NCBI GenBank assembly: GCA_963702435.1
Contig: CAVPCR010000001.1
Coordinates: 1,376,001 to 1,440,000, forward strand
Source of the DNA: Candidatus Eiseniibacteriota bacterium
GTDB taxonomy: Bacteria; Eisenbacteria; RBG-16-71-46; CAVPCR01
Length of the DNA stretch: 64,000 bases
Direction of reading: 5' to 3'
In this document: positions 18,743 to 29,026 of the stretch, in pieces
Position numbering within the stretch: position 1 is the first letter of the stretch
Layout: each line of letters begins with the position of its first letter
Position numbers and translations under genes: made by a program
Notes under the pieces: model-generated
What the model was told of the DNA's origin: nothing
Seen by the model: the letters and a program-made list of their open reading frames with translations, nothing else
Database searches by the model: none

Positions 18743-21268
18743 TCAGCGCAGCCCGCCGACCACGAAGAGATCGTTCACGAACTGCGCGAACGAGGCCACG
18801 TAGCGCTCGCCATCGGGGGTCAGGATCACGCTGATGAAGCCGGTGGCGCCGCTTCGGGTCATCGGCTCGATCTCGAGCCACGGCTCCCGGCGGCCTGTCG
18901 CGAGATCGATGCGATCGACACGGGCCGGAATCCTGCCGCGCTGGAAGACATAGATTGCGCTCCCGTCGGGCGCGTGGCCGCAGGGGCGTTCGTCCGTCTT
19001 CATGGTGGGAATCGGCACCGGAGGACCGCCGTCGACCGGGAAGAGCGCGAACAGGCCGCTCGCCTGACGCATGGATACGAAGTTCCCATCCGGAGTGGGA
19101 ATCGGGAAGGTCATCGCGACCGGGTGACCGGTCAAGGGTTCGCACTCACCGCCGGGGATCCGGATCCGGTAGAGGCCGAGCGGTTCTCCCGGGCGATTGG
19201 CCACCGCCACGACCGACTTCCCGTCCGGGAAGGCTCGCGCAAAGTGACACTGCAGGTCGCCGACGTCGATCACCGTGGGCTCACCCGCTCCCAGTGGATG
19301 GACAAGGAGCTGGCGTGTGGCACGATCGATGTCAAACGTGAGCACGTGCCCGCCATCGGGCATGAAGCTCATGGCCACGCCGTCGGCAATGCGGACGGCG
19401 GGCGAGCCGTCCGTCGCGCGCACGAAGACCGCGCCGCCGTGCATGATCCCCGGGCCCGTCTCGTCGAAGAGCGCGAGCTTCCCGTCGGGTGAGATGTCGC
19501 GGGCCAGGCTCCAGTCGAGCCAGGAGAGCTCCTGCCGGTCGCCGCCGGCGGCCCCGCGCGTGCCGGTCTGCAGGCGGAGGCGCGGTTTCGAGCGGATGAC
19601 GAGCGCCCTTCCGGTCGCTGCGAACGCCTGGATGTCCACCCAGCCCATGCTCTGATACACGCGCCGCAAACGGCCGTCGAGCCCGGCGGCATAGATCATC
19701 CCACTCGTCCCCGTCCGTAGCACCGCGGAGAACCAGATCTCCTCGCCCGTGGGATGCCAGGCGATGGCCGACGCGCTGTTCAGATCCTTCACCAGTACCC
19801 GCACCGCGCCGCCGGGCTCGATCACGATGAGATCCCCACCGTTGTCGCCCCCGATCGGATGCTCGAAGCAGGCGAGCCGCCGCCCATCAGGCGAGACGCG
19901 CACCTGGCTCAGCCATCCGGACGACTCGTAGATCGAGCGCCCGAGCGGGTACTCGAGTCGGAACCGTCCCTCGACCTCGCGAATCGCGGCAATCGACTTC
20001 CCGTCCGGCCCCCAGTCCGCCATGTAGACGTCGCGCGCGAGCTCGCGCGGGACACCGCCGAGCATCGAGACCCGGGCGAGGGTGTGAAGGCGGACGAATC
20101 CGCCCATGTCGCGCGGATCGAGCCCGACGGCGAGCTCCGCGCTGGACGACACGCCGAGGAGCACCGCGGAGCCGAGATTGAGTGGCTGGTAATCAGGGTT
20201 GTCGGTCCGCGTGAGGTAGAGCTCCCACGGCCCTCCTTCCCAGGTGGCGTGGTAGACGACGGTCGTGCCGTCGGGCGCGAAGCGGGCGCTGGCAACCATG
20301 CCCTCGCGGAAGGTGAGCTGATGGATGTCGAGCTCGTCCGACTCCGGGACCGCGGCCGCGGCCGCGCCGCCGATCGCGGGCCCGGCCGCCGCGTGCGCGC
20401 GCGCGGTGGCGACCAGGATCTCGAGCGCGTAGGCGAGATCGCGCGATGATTCGAAGCGCACGTCCGGACGCTTCTCCAGGCAGCGGCGGATGAGCGCGCC
20501 GAGGCCCGGGAGCGCCACCTCGATCTCCGGCGCGAGCGGGACCGGATCGGCGGCGAGGATCGCGCTCACCCGATCGGCCGCCGTGTCGCCGGCGAAGGCG
20601 AGAGCGCCCGAGACCATCTCGTGGAGGATGGCGCCGAGCGCGAAGAGATCGGCGCGATGGTCCACCGGGCGATCGCGGAGCTGCTCGGGCGCCATGTAGG
20701 ACACGGTGCCGAGGATGGTGCCGGCCTGGGTGAGGGCGGCGAATGCGGGCGTCGTCGCCCCGTTTTCCGCGCTCTCCGCGCTCTCGGGACGCATGAGCTT
20801 GGCGATCCCGAAGTCGAGGACCTTCACCCGGTCGTCCGGCAGCACGAACAGGTTCTCGGGCTTCAAGTCGCGGTGAACGATGCCCTTGGCGTGTGCGGCA
20901 GCGAGCCCCTGCGCCACCTGGATCATGAGCGCGGCGGCTCGCGCCGGCGCAAGCGGTCCGCGCGCGAGCACGACGCGGAGCGTTTCGCCCTCGAGCACCT
21001 CGGTGACGAGATAGGGCACGCCGTCCGCCACCCCGACGTCATGGATCGTGACGATGTTCGGATGGTTGAGACCGCCCGCCGCCCGCGCCTCGGCCTCGAA
21101 GCGCTGCTGCCGCTCGGGGTCGCCGGCCACCGCCGGCGGCAGCACCTTGACCGCCACCTCGCGGCCGAGCCGCGGATCGCGCGCGCGATAGACCTCGCCC
21201 ATGCCGCCGGCGCCGAGAAGGCCGACGATCTCGTAATGGCCGAGTCGCGTGCCGGGACGGAGGCTCAT
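18743..21268 (-). CDS. Hanks-type Ser/Thr kinase with C-terminal TolB/WD40-like beta-propeller
   Basis: LGAGGMGEVY, VAVKVL, HRDLKPEN, DFG, YMAPEQ; repeated [F/W/V]xPDG propeller motifs. Confidence 0.93.
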   Translation of the reverse strand: MSLRPGTRLGHYEIVGLLGAGGMGEVYRARDPRLGREVAVKVLPPAVAGDPERQQRFEAEARAAGGLNHPNIVTIHDVGVADGVPYLVTEVLEGETLRVVLARGPLAPARAAALMIQVAQGLAAAHAKGIVHRDLKPENLFVLPDDRVKVLDFGIAKLMRPESAESAENGATTPAFAALTQAGTILGTVSYMAPEQLRDRPVDHRADLFALGAILHEMVSGALAFAGDTAADRVSAILAADPVPLAPEIEVALPGLGALIRRCLEKRPDVRFESSRDLAYALEILVATARAHAAAGPAIGGAAAAAVPESDELDIHQLTFREGMVASARFAPDGTTVVYHATWEGGPWELYLTRTDNPDYQPLNLGSAVLLGVSSSAELAVGLDPRDMGGFVRLHTLARVSMLGGVPRELARDVYMADWGPDGKSIAAIREVEGRFRLEYPLGRSIYESSGWLSQVRVSPDGRRLACFEHPIGGDNGGDLIVIEPGGAVRVLVKDLNSASAIAWHPTGEEIWFSAVLRTGTSGMIYAAGLDGRLRRVYQSMGWVDIQAFAATGRALVIRSKPRLRLQTGTRGAAGGDRQELSWLDWSLARDISPDGKLALFDETGPGIMHGGAVFVRATDGSPAVRIADGVAMSFMPDGGHVLTFDIDRATRQLLVHPLGAGEPTVIDVGDLQCHFARAFPDGKSVVAVANRPGEPLGLYRIRIPGGECEPLTGHPVAMTFPIPTPDGNFVSMRQASGLFALFPVDGGPPVPIPTMKTDERPCGHAPDGSAIYVFQRGRIPARVDRIDLATGRREPWLEIEPMTRSGATGFISVILTPDGERYVASFAQFVNDLFVVGGLR

Positions 21269-21286
21269 CGTGCGCAGGGTGTCCGG

Positions 21287-22045
21287 CTACTTGGTGCGCG
21301 CGACCACGTTGTCCACGTAGAAGGTCCCGGCGCCGTCGTTCCAGGAAGCGAAGCTCAGATGAGTGAGTTTCTTGGGGGTCTTGCCCTTGGGCGCGAAGGC
21401 CTCGAGAGCCTTGGGCGCGCCGCCCTTGACCGAGACCTGGTAGCCCTCCTTCTTCGGCTGGACGGTCAGGGCGATATGGTGCCAGACGCCGAGATCCAGA
21501 TTGCTCGCGACGAGCGTCTTCTGCGCCCAGTCCTTGCCGCGCTCGCGCGCGAAGAGGTTGACCTTGCCCTTCACCGCCGCGTTCTCGAAGGCCAGGAAGA
21601 CGAACCGCTCGGCACCGGTCGAGTTGGGTCCGTTCTTGCCGTCGGTGCTCGTGCCGACCAGGATGAAGGCGGAACGATTGTCCTTGGGCAGGATCTCCTT
21701 GACCAGGATGTCGAACTCGACCGTGAAGTCGCCCGTCTGGTCGGCCGGAAAGCGCTGGCTCAGGTACGTGTTGAACTTGAGGTCGCCCTTGATCATGGCC
21801 TTCTGGGTGGCGTTCGCGGCCACCGGCTTCTTGCTCAGGATGAGCAGCGCGCGGCCTTCCTTGCCGTCCTTGCGGCTCTCGTACCAGTCCTGTCCCTTCT
21901 CGTCCTTCCTGAGCTGCCCACTGCTCTTGCTCAGGTCGAAGCTGCCGTCGGTGACGAGATCGACTGCCGCCGCCGGCTGGCAGGCGACGATCGACAGCAA
22001 GGCGGTGAACGTGGCGATGCGTTCAATCATCTTCGGGATAGGCAT
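21287..22045 (-). CDS. Secreted Lys-rich hypothetical protein, probable beta-sandwich (ConA/LamG-like)
   Basis: Signal peptide, RBS AAAGGAAG, typical codon bias; FTVEFDILV...WHHIALTV...FYVDNV pattern. Confidence 0.6.
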   Translation of the reverse strand: MPIPKMIERIATFTALLSIVACQPAAAVDLVTDGSFDLSKSSGQLRKDEKGQDWYESRKDGKEGRALLILSKKPVAANATQKAMIKGDLKFNTYLSQRFPADQTGDFTVEFDILVKEILPKDNRSAFILVGTSTDGKNGPNSTGAERFVFLAFENAAVKGKVNLFARERGKDWAQKTLVASNLDLGVWHHIALTVQPKKEGYQVSVKGGAPKALEAFAPKGKTPKKLTHLSFASWNDGAGTFYVDNVVARTK

Positions 22046-22305
22046 CTCGCGCTTCCTTTTCTCCCGCGGCCGGCGGCCCGCCCGCGGGCCGCTCGAACGA
22101 CCTCACACCCGTGCTCCCTCCGCCCCCCGCGCCGGACGGACCGCGCCCGCGGCTCGGGCCGAGCGAAATGACGTCGGCCGGGGATTATACCCGGATTCAC
22201 GGGTTCCTTCAGCGCCCGCGCCGCGCTTCCGATAAACTGGGCGTGCCCTCCTCGGTTCGGTCCCGGCCGGGCCGGCGCTCGAACACGCCGATCCCTGGAT
22301 TCCCG

Positions 22306-23154
22306 ATGACGCATGACAAGGACTCCCAGGAGTTCCTGAACCTGCTCGCCGCCGAGCGGCGCGCCTACACGCTCCCGCTCCGCGCCCCGGCGGTGGCCCG
22401 GGACTTCGTCTACGACCTCCTCTCCCTCCTCTTCCCGCACTTCGCGGAGGAAGACCGGAGCGAGCCCGAGCAGGTGGCCTACGACTACTGGCGCGCTCGC
22501 GAGCGGATCGCGCTCTTCCTGAAGGCGCACCCCGAGAACCGGGAACGCGCCGGGAATCTGGCCAAGGAGTTCCTCTCGCGCCTGCCCTGCATCCGGGAAG
22601 CGCTCCTCGCCGATGCGCGCGCCACCTACGAGGCCGACCCCGCCGCGCGGAGCGTCGACGAGGTCGTCGTCGCCTACCCGGGCTTCTTCGCGCTCGCCTG
22701 CTGCCGCTTCGCGCACGAGCTCTATCTCATGCAGGTGGAGCTCCTGCCGCGGCTCATGACCGAAGTGGCACACAAGGAGACCGGCATCGACATCCATCCC
22801 GGCGCCACCATCGGGCGCTCGATGTCGATCGACCACGGCACTGGCATCGTGATCGGCGAGACCACCGTGATCGGCGACCGCGTGCGTCTTTACCAGGGCG
22901 TCACGCTCGGCGCGCTCTCCGTTGACAAGCATCAGACCAACGCCAAGCGCCACCCGACGATCGAGGACGACGTCATCATCTACGCGAATGCCACCATCCT
23001 CGGCGGCAGCACGGTGATCGGCGCCGGCAGCGTGATCGGCGGCAACGTGTGGCTCACCCAGAGCGTCCCCCCGGGCAGCCTGGTCACCGAGGTCGCGCAG
23101 ATCCAGAAGCGGACCGCCAACGGCAACGCCGCCGGCGACATCCGCAAGGAGTGA
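22306..23154 (+). CDS. cysE: Serine O-acetyltransferase
   Basis: DPAA...[44 protein letters not shown]. Confidence 0.93.
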   Translation: MTHDKDSQEFLNLLAAERRAYTLPLRAPAVARDFVYDLLSLLFPHFAEEDRSEPEQVAYDYWRARERIALFLKAHPENRERAGNLAKEFLSRLPCIREALLADARATYEADPAARSVDEVVVAYPGFFALACCRFAHELYLMQVELLPRLMTEVAHKETGIDIHPGATIGRSMSIDHGTGIVIGETTVIGDRVRLYQGVTLGALSVDKHQTNAKRHPTIEDDVIIYANATILGGSTVIGAGSVIGGNVWLTQSVPPGSLVTEVAQIQKRTANGNAAGDIRKE

Positions 23155-23158
23155 GGCC

Positions 23159-24070
23159 ATGAGGGCCACGACGATCCTCGACACGATCGGCCGCACCCCC
23201 CACGTCCGCCTCAACCGGCTCTTCGACCCGCGCGTCGAGGTCTGGATGAAGCTCGAACGCGCCAATCCGGGCGGCAGCATCAAGGACCGGATCGCCCTCG
23301 CCATGATCGAGGACGCCGAGCGGCGCGGGGTGCTCGGGCCCGCGAGCGTCATCATCGAGCCGACCTCGGGCAACACCGGGATCGGCCTCGCCATGGTGGC
23401 CGCGGTCAAGGGCTACCGCCTGATCCTCGTGATGCCGGAGTCGATGTCCATCGAGCGCCGCCGCATCATGGCGGCCTACGGCGCCGAGCTCGAGCTCACA
23501 GCGCGCGAGCTGGGCATGACGGGCGCCATCGCGCGCGCGAACGAGCTCCGGGCGGGAACGCCCCACGCCTGGATCCCGCAGCAGTTCGAGAACCCCGCCA
23601 ACGTGGCGGTCCATCGCCGGACGACGGCCGAGGAGATCCGTGCCGACTTCCCCGACGGGCTCCACTACCTGATCACCGGCGTCGGCACCGGCGGGCATAT
23701 CACGGGCGTGGCCGAGGCGCTCAAGGAGATGATGCCCCGGCTCCGCGTTCTGGCGGTCGAGCCGGCCAAGTCGCCGGTGCTCGCGGGCGGCACGCACGCG
23801 CCGCACAAGATCCAGGGGATCGGCGCCGGCTTCGTACCGGCCGTGCTCAACCGCGCGATCCTCGACGGCACCGTTCAGGTGACCGAGGAGGAGGCCTTCG
23901 ACTACGCGCGGCGCGCCGCCCGTGAAGAGGGAATCTTCATCGGCGTGTCATCTGGCGCATCGCTCGCTGCCATCGCCAGGACCCGGCCGGAGATTCCCAA
24001 CGGAAGCCGCGTCCTCACCTTCTGCTACGACACCGGGGAGCGGTACCTGTCGGTCGAGGGCCTCTTCTGA
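23159..24070 (+). CDS. cysK: Cysteine synthase A
   Basis: [11 protein letters not shown] (PLP Lys), [37 protein letters not shown]. Confidence 0.96.
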   Translation: MRATTILDTIGRTPHVRLNRLFDPRVEVWMKLERANPGGSIKDRIALAMIEDAERRGVLGPASVIIEPTSGNTGIGLAMVAAVKGYRLILVMPESMSIERRRIMAAYGAELELTARELGMTGAIARANELRAGTPHAWIPQQFENPANVAVHRRTTAEEIRADFPDGLHYLITGVGTGGHITGVAEALKEMMPRLRVLAVEPAKSPVLAGGTHAPHKIQGIGAGFVPAVLNRAILDGTVQVTEEEAFDYARRAAREEGIFIGVSSGASLAAIARTRPEIPNGSRVLTFCYDTGERYLSVEGLF

Positions 24071-24226
24071 CCGGCTGGAGCCTCTCTGACCGGCACGCGC
24101 CGCACCCCCTCCGGCGGCTGTTTCGTGCTATAGTAATCGCAGGTTACGCTGCAACGACACCGCTCCGTCCTAGCCCTGCAGCATGCTCTCCTGGGCCGCC
24201 GCAGTTGATGAAGGAGGCGTCCGATC

Positions 24227-25087
24227 ATGCACCACCTGACGAGAGGGCTTCCCGCGTTTCTGGCTCTCATCTTCCTGCTGATTCCCGCGGCTCCGCTCCA
24301 GGCGCGAATCGAGGTCTCCATCGATGAAGTGGCCTGGGAGAATCGGGGAGTCCCGCCCAATCAGACCGTCCTCTTCACGATCCCCTTCGTGAATCCGGAC
24401 GCCGAGACCACGCCGCCGACCGACGGCACGCTCAATGCCCAGGAGTTCGGCGCATTCCTCCCGGACACGGACCTGATCTGCGAGTTCACGGTCCCCTCCA
24501 TCCCGCCGAATGGCCGAGTCGAGGTGACCTGCGAGATCGGCCTGGATGAGCTCCCCGGCAACGCGCCGCGGCTCGATCTGGCCGGCAACTGGCTCGCTCT
24601 GCCCGGGAGCCCGCCGCCGCCGGGATTCCCCTCCATCGCCGTCGTCGGCTGCCCCTTGCCCGACTACTGGGGCGGCGGCATCGACATCATCTGGGGGGGC
24701 AACCAACCCGGACAGGCGATCATCCATCGCGGCGTGCTCCCGGTCTGCCAGGGATTCGCGTCGTCGTACATCGAGATCACGACCAACTGCACCGAGGGCG
24801 GCGGAATCGGCTGGTCCTTCTCCAACGTCTGTCCCAACTGGACGGCCAACGTGGTCAACAGCCAGTTCGCGCCGGCCCCCAACCCGCTGCCGGCAGGGCA
24901 GTGGACCGGGTGGATCGAGCTGACCAGCAGCCTCCCGCTCGGCGCGAGCTGCGATATCGATCTCGACATGACCTGCGGCACCGGAATCGCGAAGATCAAC
25001 GTCACGGGCCAGGTCTGCGAGTGCGATCGGCCTCTTCCGCTCGAGCCCTCGACATGGGGTCAGATCAAGTCGATGTACCCGGACTGA
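24227..25087 (+). CDS. Secreted Cys-rich hypothetical protein with C-terminal TWGQIKSMY motif
   Basis: RBS AAGGAGG, signal peptide, 10 Cys, ends PLPLEPSTWGQIKSMYPD. Confidence 0.8.
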   Translation: MHHLTRGLPAFLALIFLLIPAAPLQARIEVSIDEVAWENRGVPPNQTVLFTIPFVNPDAETTPPTDGTLNAQEFGAFLPDTDLICEFTVPSIPPNGRVEVTCEIGLDELPGNAPRLDLAGNWLALPGSPPPPGFPSIAVVGCPLPDYWGGGIDIIWGGNQPGQAIIHRGVLPVCQGFASSYIEITTNCTEGGGIGWSFSNVCPNWTANVVNSQFAPAPNPLPAGQWTGWIELTSSLPLGASCDIDLDMTCGTGIAKINVTGQVCECDRPLPLEPSTWGQIKSMYPD

Positions 25088-25122
25088 GAGCGCGGGTCGA
25101 TCGAAGGAAGCGGCAGACACAA

Positions 25123-25158
25123 CGAGGCGGGCGGCGACGGCCGCCCGCCTCGGCTTTT
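25123..25158 (+). terminator. Intrinsic terminator
   Basis: 13 bp stem CGAGGCGGGCGGC / GCCGCCCGCCTCG, 4 nt loop, then GCTTTT; lies between convergent genes. Confidence 0.7.
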
Positions 25159-25177
25159 CCGCCCCGGAGTCGCCGCG

Positions 25178-28100
25178 CTAGAAGGGCCCGAGCGCACCCA
25201 GGGCGAACCGGACCGCCGCCTCGAGCGGCGCCTTCTGCCCCTCGTCCCACTTCCTCGCGTACAGCTCATCGCCGAGCGCAGCCCGCAGCGCCGCTTCACT
25301 CGTCGTGCGCTCCGACGAAGTCGCGGCTACCTCCACGCTCGCGCCGCCGCCGTGCGCGTCCGCCGCGCCGAGGAGAAAGGCGGCGCGCTCCCCTTCCCCC
25401 GTGGCCGTCGCCAGCAGGGCCAGGGACTCGAGCGCTTCAGCGACTCCCGAGCGATCGCCGATCTCGTGACGGATGGTGAGGCTCTCGGTCAGGAAGGAGC
25501 GCGCCACAGCGTGATCTCCCTGCTTCTCGCAGACGACTCCGAGCATGTGGAGGAGCACGGCGATCCGCTTCGGCGAGTCCGATTCACGCTCGAGGTCGAG
25601 GCTCTCCTCGAGCAGCAGGCGGGCTCCGGCGAACTCGCCTTGCCGGCGGAGCACGTTCGCGATGTTGACGAGCGAGACCACGGTCCCCCGCCGGTCGCCC
25701 AGCTCGCGCTTGATGGCGAGGCTTTCGACATGGAGGGCGCGGGCCTCGGCGTGTTCGCCCTCCTCCTCGGCGAGGTTGCCGAGGCTGTTGAGGGACTGCG
25801 CGATGCCCTGCTTGTCGCCGATCTCGCGGCGAATCCCCAGGCTCTCCTCGTAACAGGTGCGCGCCCGGCGGTAATCGCCCAGCCGGCGCAGGACGACGCC
25901 GAGGTTGTTGAGCGATGAAGCGATGCCGCGCCGATCGCCGAGCCGGCGCTTGATGGAGAGGCTCTCCTCGTGCAGCCGGCGCGCCTCGTCATGCTCGCCC
26001 TGGTCGCGGGCCAGGTTGGCGAGGTTGTTGAGCGAGAGCGCAATGCCCCGCTCGTCGCCCAGCTCCCGCCGCACCGCGAGGCTTTCCTCGTAGAGCTGCC
26101 GGGACTCGTCGAACGCGCCGCGCGTCCAGGCGATCAGCCCCAGGCTGTTGAGGGACTGCGCGATCCCCGGCTTGTCGCCGAGCCGGCGACGGATGGCGAG
26201 GCTCTCCTCGTAGGCGCGCCGCGCCTCGACCCCGTCCCCCTGGCTGAGGGCCAGGTTGCCCGCGCAGACGAGCACCTTCGCCCGCGCCGCCGGATCGCCG
26301 GGACCGGGCCGCGCGATCATCTCGGCGCAGACTCCCCGCCCCTCGCTCCAGTGTCCGTGCACTTCCCAGAATCGGCCCAGAGCGCCGGCGAGCCGCAGCC
26401 CGCACGTGGCATCATGATCCGCACTACGGCATGTATCCACGGCCAGGCGCAAATTATCGTGCTCGGCCTCGATGCGGGAGAGCCAGAGACCTTGCTCTTC
26501 CCCCGTGAGCTGGCGGTCCGCCGCCTCCGCCCAGGAGAGGAAGTGCGCGAGGTGGCGCTCCCGGGTGCCGTCGCTCTCACCCTGCTCGCCGAGCCGCTGG
26601 CGGGCGTAGCTGCGCACGGTCTCCAGCATGCGGTACCTGGTCTTGCCGGTCCGCTGCCCGCCCTCGGCATCGATCTCGACGAGCGACTTGTCCACGAGCC
26701 GCGACAGGAGGTCGAGCACCTCCCATTCTTCGAGATCGTCCCCGGCGCAGACGGCGCCCGCCGAGTCCAGGGTCCAGCCGCCGGCGAAGAACGACAGCCG
26801 GCGGAAGACCGCCGCCTCGTGCGGCGTCAGGCTCTCGTAGCTCCAGTCGATGAGGGCGCGCAGCGTCTGATGATGGGGCAGGGCGGTCCGGCTGCCGCCG
26901 GTCAGGAGCCGGAATCGATCGTCCAGGTGGCTCGCGATCTCGGCGGCGGACATCACCTTGATCCGGGCGACCGCAAGCTCGATGGCGAGCGGGATACCGT
27001 CGAGATGCCGGCAAATCTCGCGCACGGGCGCGAAGGTCGCGGCGTTGAGCGTGAAGGTCGCATTCACCACCCTGGCCCGTTCGACGAAGAGCTGGACCGA
27101 TTCGACCTGTCCGAGCTCTTCCGGCGAGAAGCTCCGCCCGGTGGGAACCGCGAGCGGCGGCACGTGGAAGATGCTCTCGCCGGGGATGCCGAGGCCCTCG
27201 CGGCTCGTCGCGATGATGCGCAGCCCGGGACACGAGCGGAGCAGGATGGCGACGAGATCCGCGCATGCTCCGAGCAGGTGCTCGCAGTTGTCGAGAAGGA
27301 GAAGCATGCTCCGCGGCTTCAGGTGGGCGACGAGCGTCTCGATCGTGGGCTGGTGGGGCTCCTCCTTGAGCCCGAGCCCGTGCGCCACCGCCTGGGGCAC
27401 GAGCTCCGCATTCGCCAGCGGCGCGAGCTCGACGAGCCAGGCGCCGTCGGCGTACTCGGCGATGATTTCCCGCGCCACCTCCAGGGACAGGCGCGTCTTG
27501 CCGCACCCGCCGATGCCGCTCAGGGTGAGGAGACGCGTGGCGGCAAGGAGTTCCTTGATCGCGGCCTGCTCGCTCCGGCGGCCGACGAAGCTCGTGACCG
27601 CAACGGGCAGGTTGTTGGGCGCGGCGACGCGTTCCTCCCGCCGGGCGGCGGTGAGCGCGCGCAGGGTCCGTTCCTGGATGGCCTCCTCGAGCGCCCGCCG
27701 GAGTTCCGCGGCGGCGGCCGGGCGGTCGGCGGCCTGCTTGGCCAGCGTGCGGCGGAGCGTCGCGTGGAGAACGGGTGGCAGCTCCGCGGGCAGCGCCTGC
27801 CAGTCGGGATCCTGATGGAACGTCGCCGCGCAGATCTCCTTGATGGAGGCACCCCGGAAAGCGCGCCGGCCGGTCAGGCACTCATAGAGGATGCACCCGA
27901 GCGCCCACAGATCGGTGCGGTGGTCGAGCGGCTCTCCGCGCATCTGCTCGGGGCTCATGTAGCCCGGAGAGCCGATGATGCTCCCGGACTCCGCTGCGCC
28001 CGCCGCCCCTGCGCTCGCCGCGCCTGCGCTCGCCGCCCCTGCGCCCGCCGCCCCTGCGCTCGCCGCGCCATCCGCCGGTTCGGCAGCGACCGCACGCGCC

Positions 28101-28741
28101 AGCCCGAAGTCGAGCACCTTGACCAGCCCGTCCGGTGTGATGCGGACGTTGCCGGGCTTGATGTCGAGATGCACCACGCCTCGCTTGTGCGCCACCTCGA
28201 GGGCGGCCGCGATCTGGCGGCAGAGAGTCAGCGCCTCATCGATGCCGAGCGGACCCCGGGCGATGCGCGCGCTCAGGTCTTCGCCGGGAATGAGCTCGAG
28301 GGTGAGGAAGCGCAGGCTGCCCGCCGCCTCGAGCGAATGGATGGTGGCGATGTTCGGGTGGTTGAGCGCGGCCAGGAGCTGCGCCTCGCGCTCGAAGCGC
28401 GCGAGCCACTCCGGATCGGCGGCCACCGCCACGGGCAGGACCTTGATCGCGATCCGGCGCTTGAGCCGGGGATCCTCGGCGACGTAGACGACGCCCATGC
28501 CGCCGCGACCGAGCTCGCCGACGACGTGATACTCGCCGACCTGCTCCGGGCGGGCAGCCGAAACAGCCGAAACAGCCGAAGCGGCAGCAGCAGCAGGAGT
28601 ATCAGGAGCCGGCGCCGGACGAGGCGGCCGCGTCGGATCGGACCCCGCTGCGAGCGGGGTCGTGGTGTCATCCGGAACGCCGAGATCGCGCGTGCGATCC
28701 GCGTCGAACGGGGTTTCAGGGGATTGACTCATGTCGGGCAT
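25178..28741 (-). CDS. Ser/Thr kinase - STAND (AfsR/MalT-like) NTPase - TPR protein
   Basis: LGRGGMGVVY, HLDIKPGN, DFG, YMSPEQ; NNLP...FVGR, Walker A GIGGCGKT, Walker B LLLLDNCEH, LDGIPLAIELA; about 8 40-aa TPRs (EESLAIRRELGD). Confidence 0.92.
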   Translation of the reverse strand: MPDMSQSPETPFDADRTRDLGVPDDTTTPLAAGSDPTRPPRPAPAPDTPAAAAASAVSAVSAARPEQVGEYHVVGELGRGGMGVVYVAEDPRLKRRIAIKVLPVAVAADPEWLARFEREAQLLAALNHPNIATIHSLEAAGSLRFLTLELIPGEDLSARIARGPLGIDEALTLCRQIAAALEVAHKRGVVHLDIKPGNVRITPDGLVKVLDFGLARAVAAEPADGAASAGAAGAGAASAGAASAGAAGAAESGSIIGSPGYMSPEQMRGEPLDHRTDLWALGCILYECLTGRRAFRGASIKEICAATFHQDPDWQALPAELPPVLHATLRRTLAKQAADRPAAAAELRRALEEAIQERTLRALTAARREERVAAPNNLPVAVTSFVGRRSEQAAIKELLAATRLLTLSGIGGCGKTRLSLEVAREIIAEYADGAWLVELAPLANAELVPQAVAHGLGLKEEPHQPTIETLVAHLKPRSMLLLLDNCEHLLGACADLVAILLRSCPGLRIIATSREGLGIPGESIFHVPPLAVPTGRSFSPEELGQVESVQLFVERARVVNATFTLNAATFAPVREICRHLDGIPLAIELAVARIKVMSAAEIASHLDDRFRLLTGGSRTALPHHQTLRALIDWSYESLTPHEAAVFRRLSFFAGGWTLDSAGAVCAGDDLEEWEVLDLLSRLVDKSLVEIDAEGGQRTGKTRYRMLETVRSYARQRLGEQGESDGTRERHLAHFLSWAEAADRQLTGEEQGLWLSRIEAEHDNLRLAVDTCRSADHDATCGLRLAGALGRFWEVHGHWSEGRGVCAEMIARPGPGDPAARAKVLVCAGNLALSQGDGVEARRAYEESLAIRRRLGDKPGIAQSLNSLGLIAWTRGAFDESRQLYEESLAVRRELGDERGIALSLNNLANLARDQGEHDEARRLHEESLSIKRRLGDRRGIASSLNNLGVVLRRLGDYRRARTCYEESLGIRREIGDKQGIAQSLNSLGNLAEEEGEHAEARALHVESLAIKRELGDRRGTVVSLVNIANVLRRQGEFAGARLLLEESLDLERESDSPKRIAVLLHMLGVVCEKQGDHAVARSFLTESLTIRHEIGDRSGVAEALESLALLATATGEGERAAFLLGAADAHGGGASVEVAATSSERTTSEAALRAALGDELYARKWDEGQKAPLEAAVRFALGALGPF
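27996..28070. repeat. 15 bp tandem repeat x5 in the kinase activation loop
   Basis: GCGCYCGCCGCSCCW units encoding GAASA/GAAGA. Confidence 0.85.
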
Positions 28742-29026
28742 GCCAGGCGGCCATCCCGCCGGCGCCGCCGGCGGCCGGAACGCGGTCTCATAGGGACCCT
28801 TTCATACTAACCCACCCCGGGCGGATCGACGCCGAGCCTCCGCCGGCCCGGCCCGGGGCGCCGTGCCCGTGCTCCAGCCGTGCTATACTCATCGGGTAAT
28901 CGCGTGGGTCGGAGAAGCGAGGCTCGCCGCGCTCTCGCCACCCCCTGGCGCCTGCCGGCAACGGGATGCCGTGGGCTGCAACTACTGGAAGACAACGGCC
29001 TCGATCGAGGCCAGGAGGCCCCCGCC

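Noticed and set aside
22046..22305. SAM riboswitch or T-box upstream of cysE-cysK (also checked before metG)
   Set aside because: No recognisable conserved motifs; metG has no room for a leader.
28890..29020. c-di-GMP riboswitch in the leader of the propeller gene
   Set aside because: Lacks the GGCAAAC / GACGCAAAG core of the class I aptamer.
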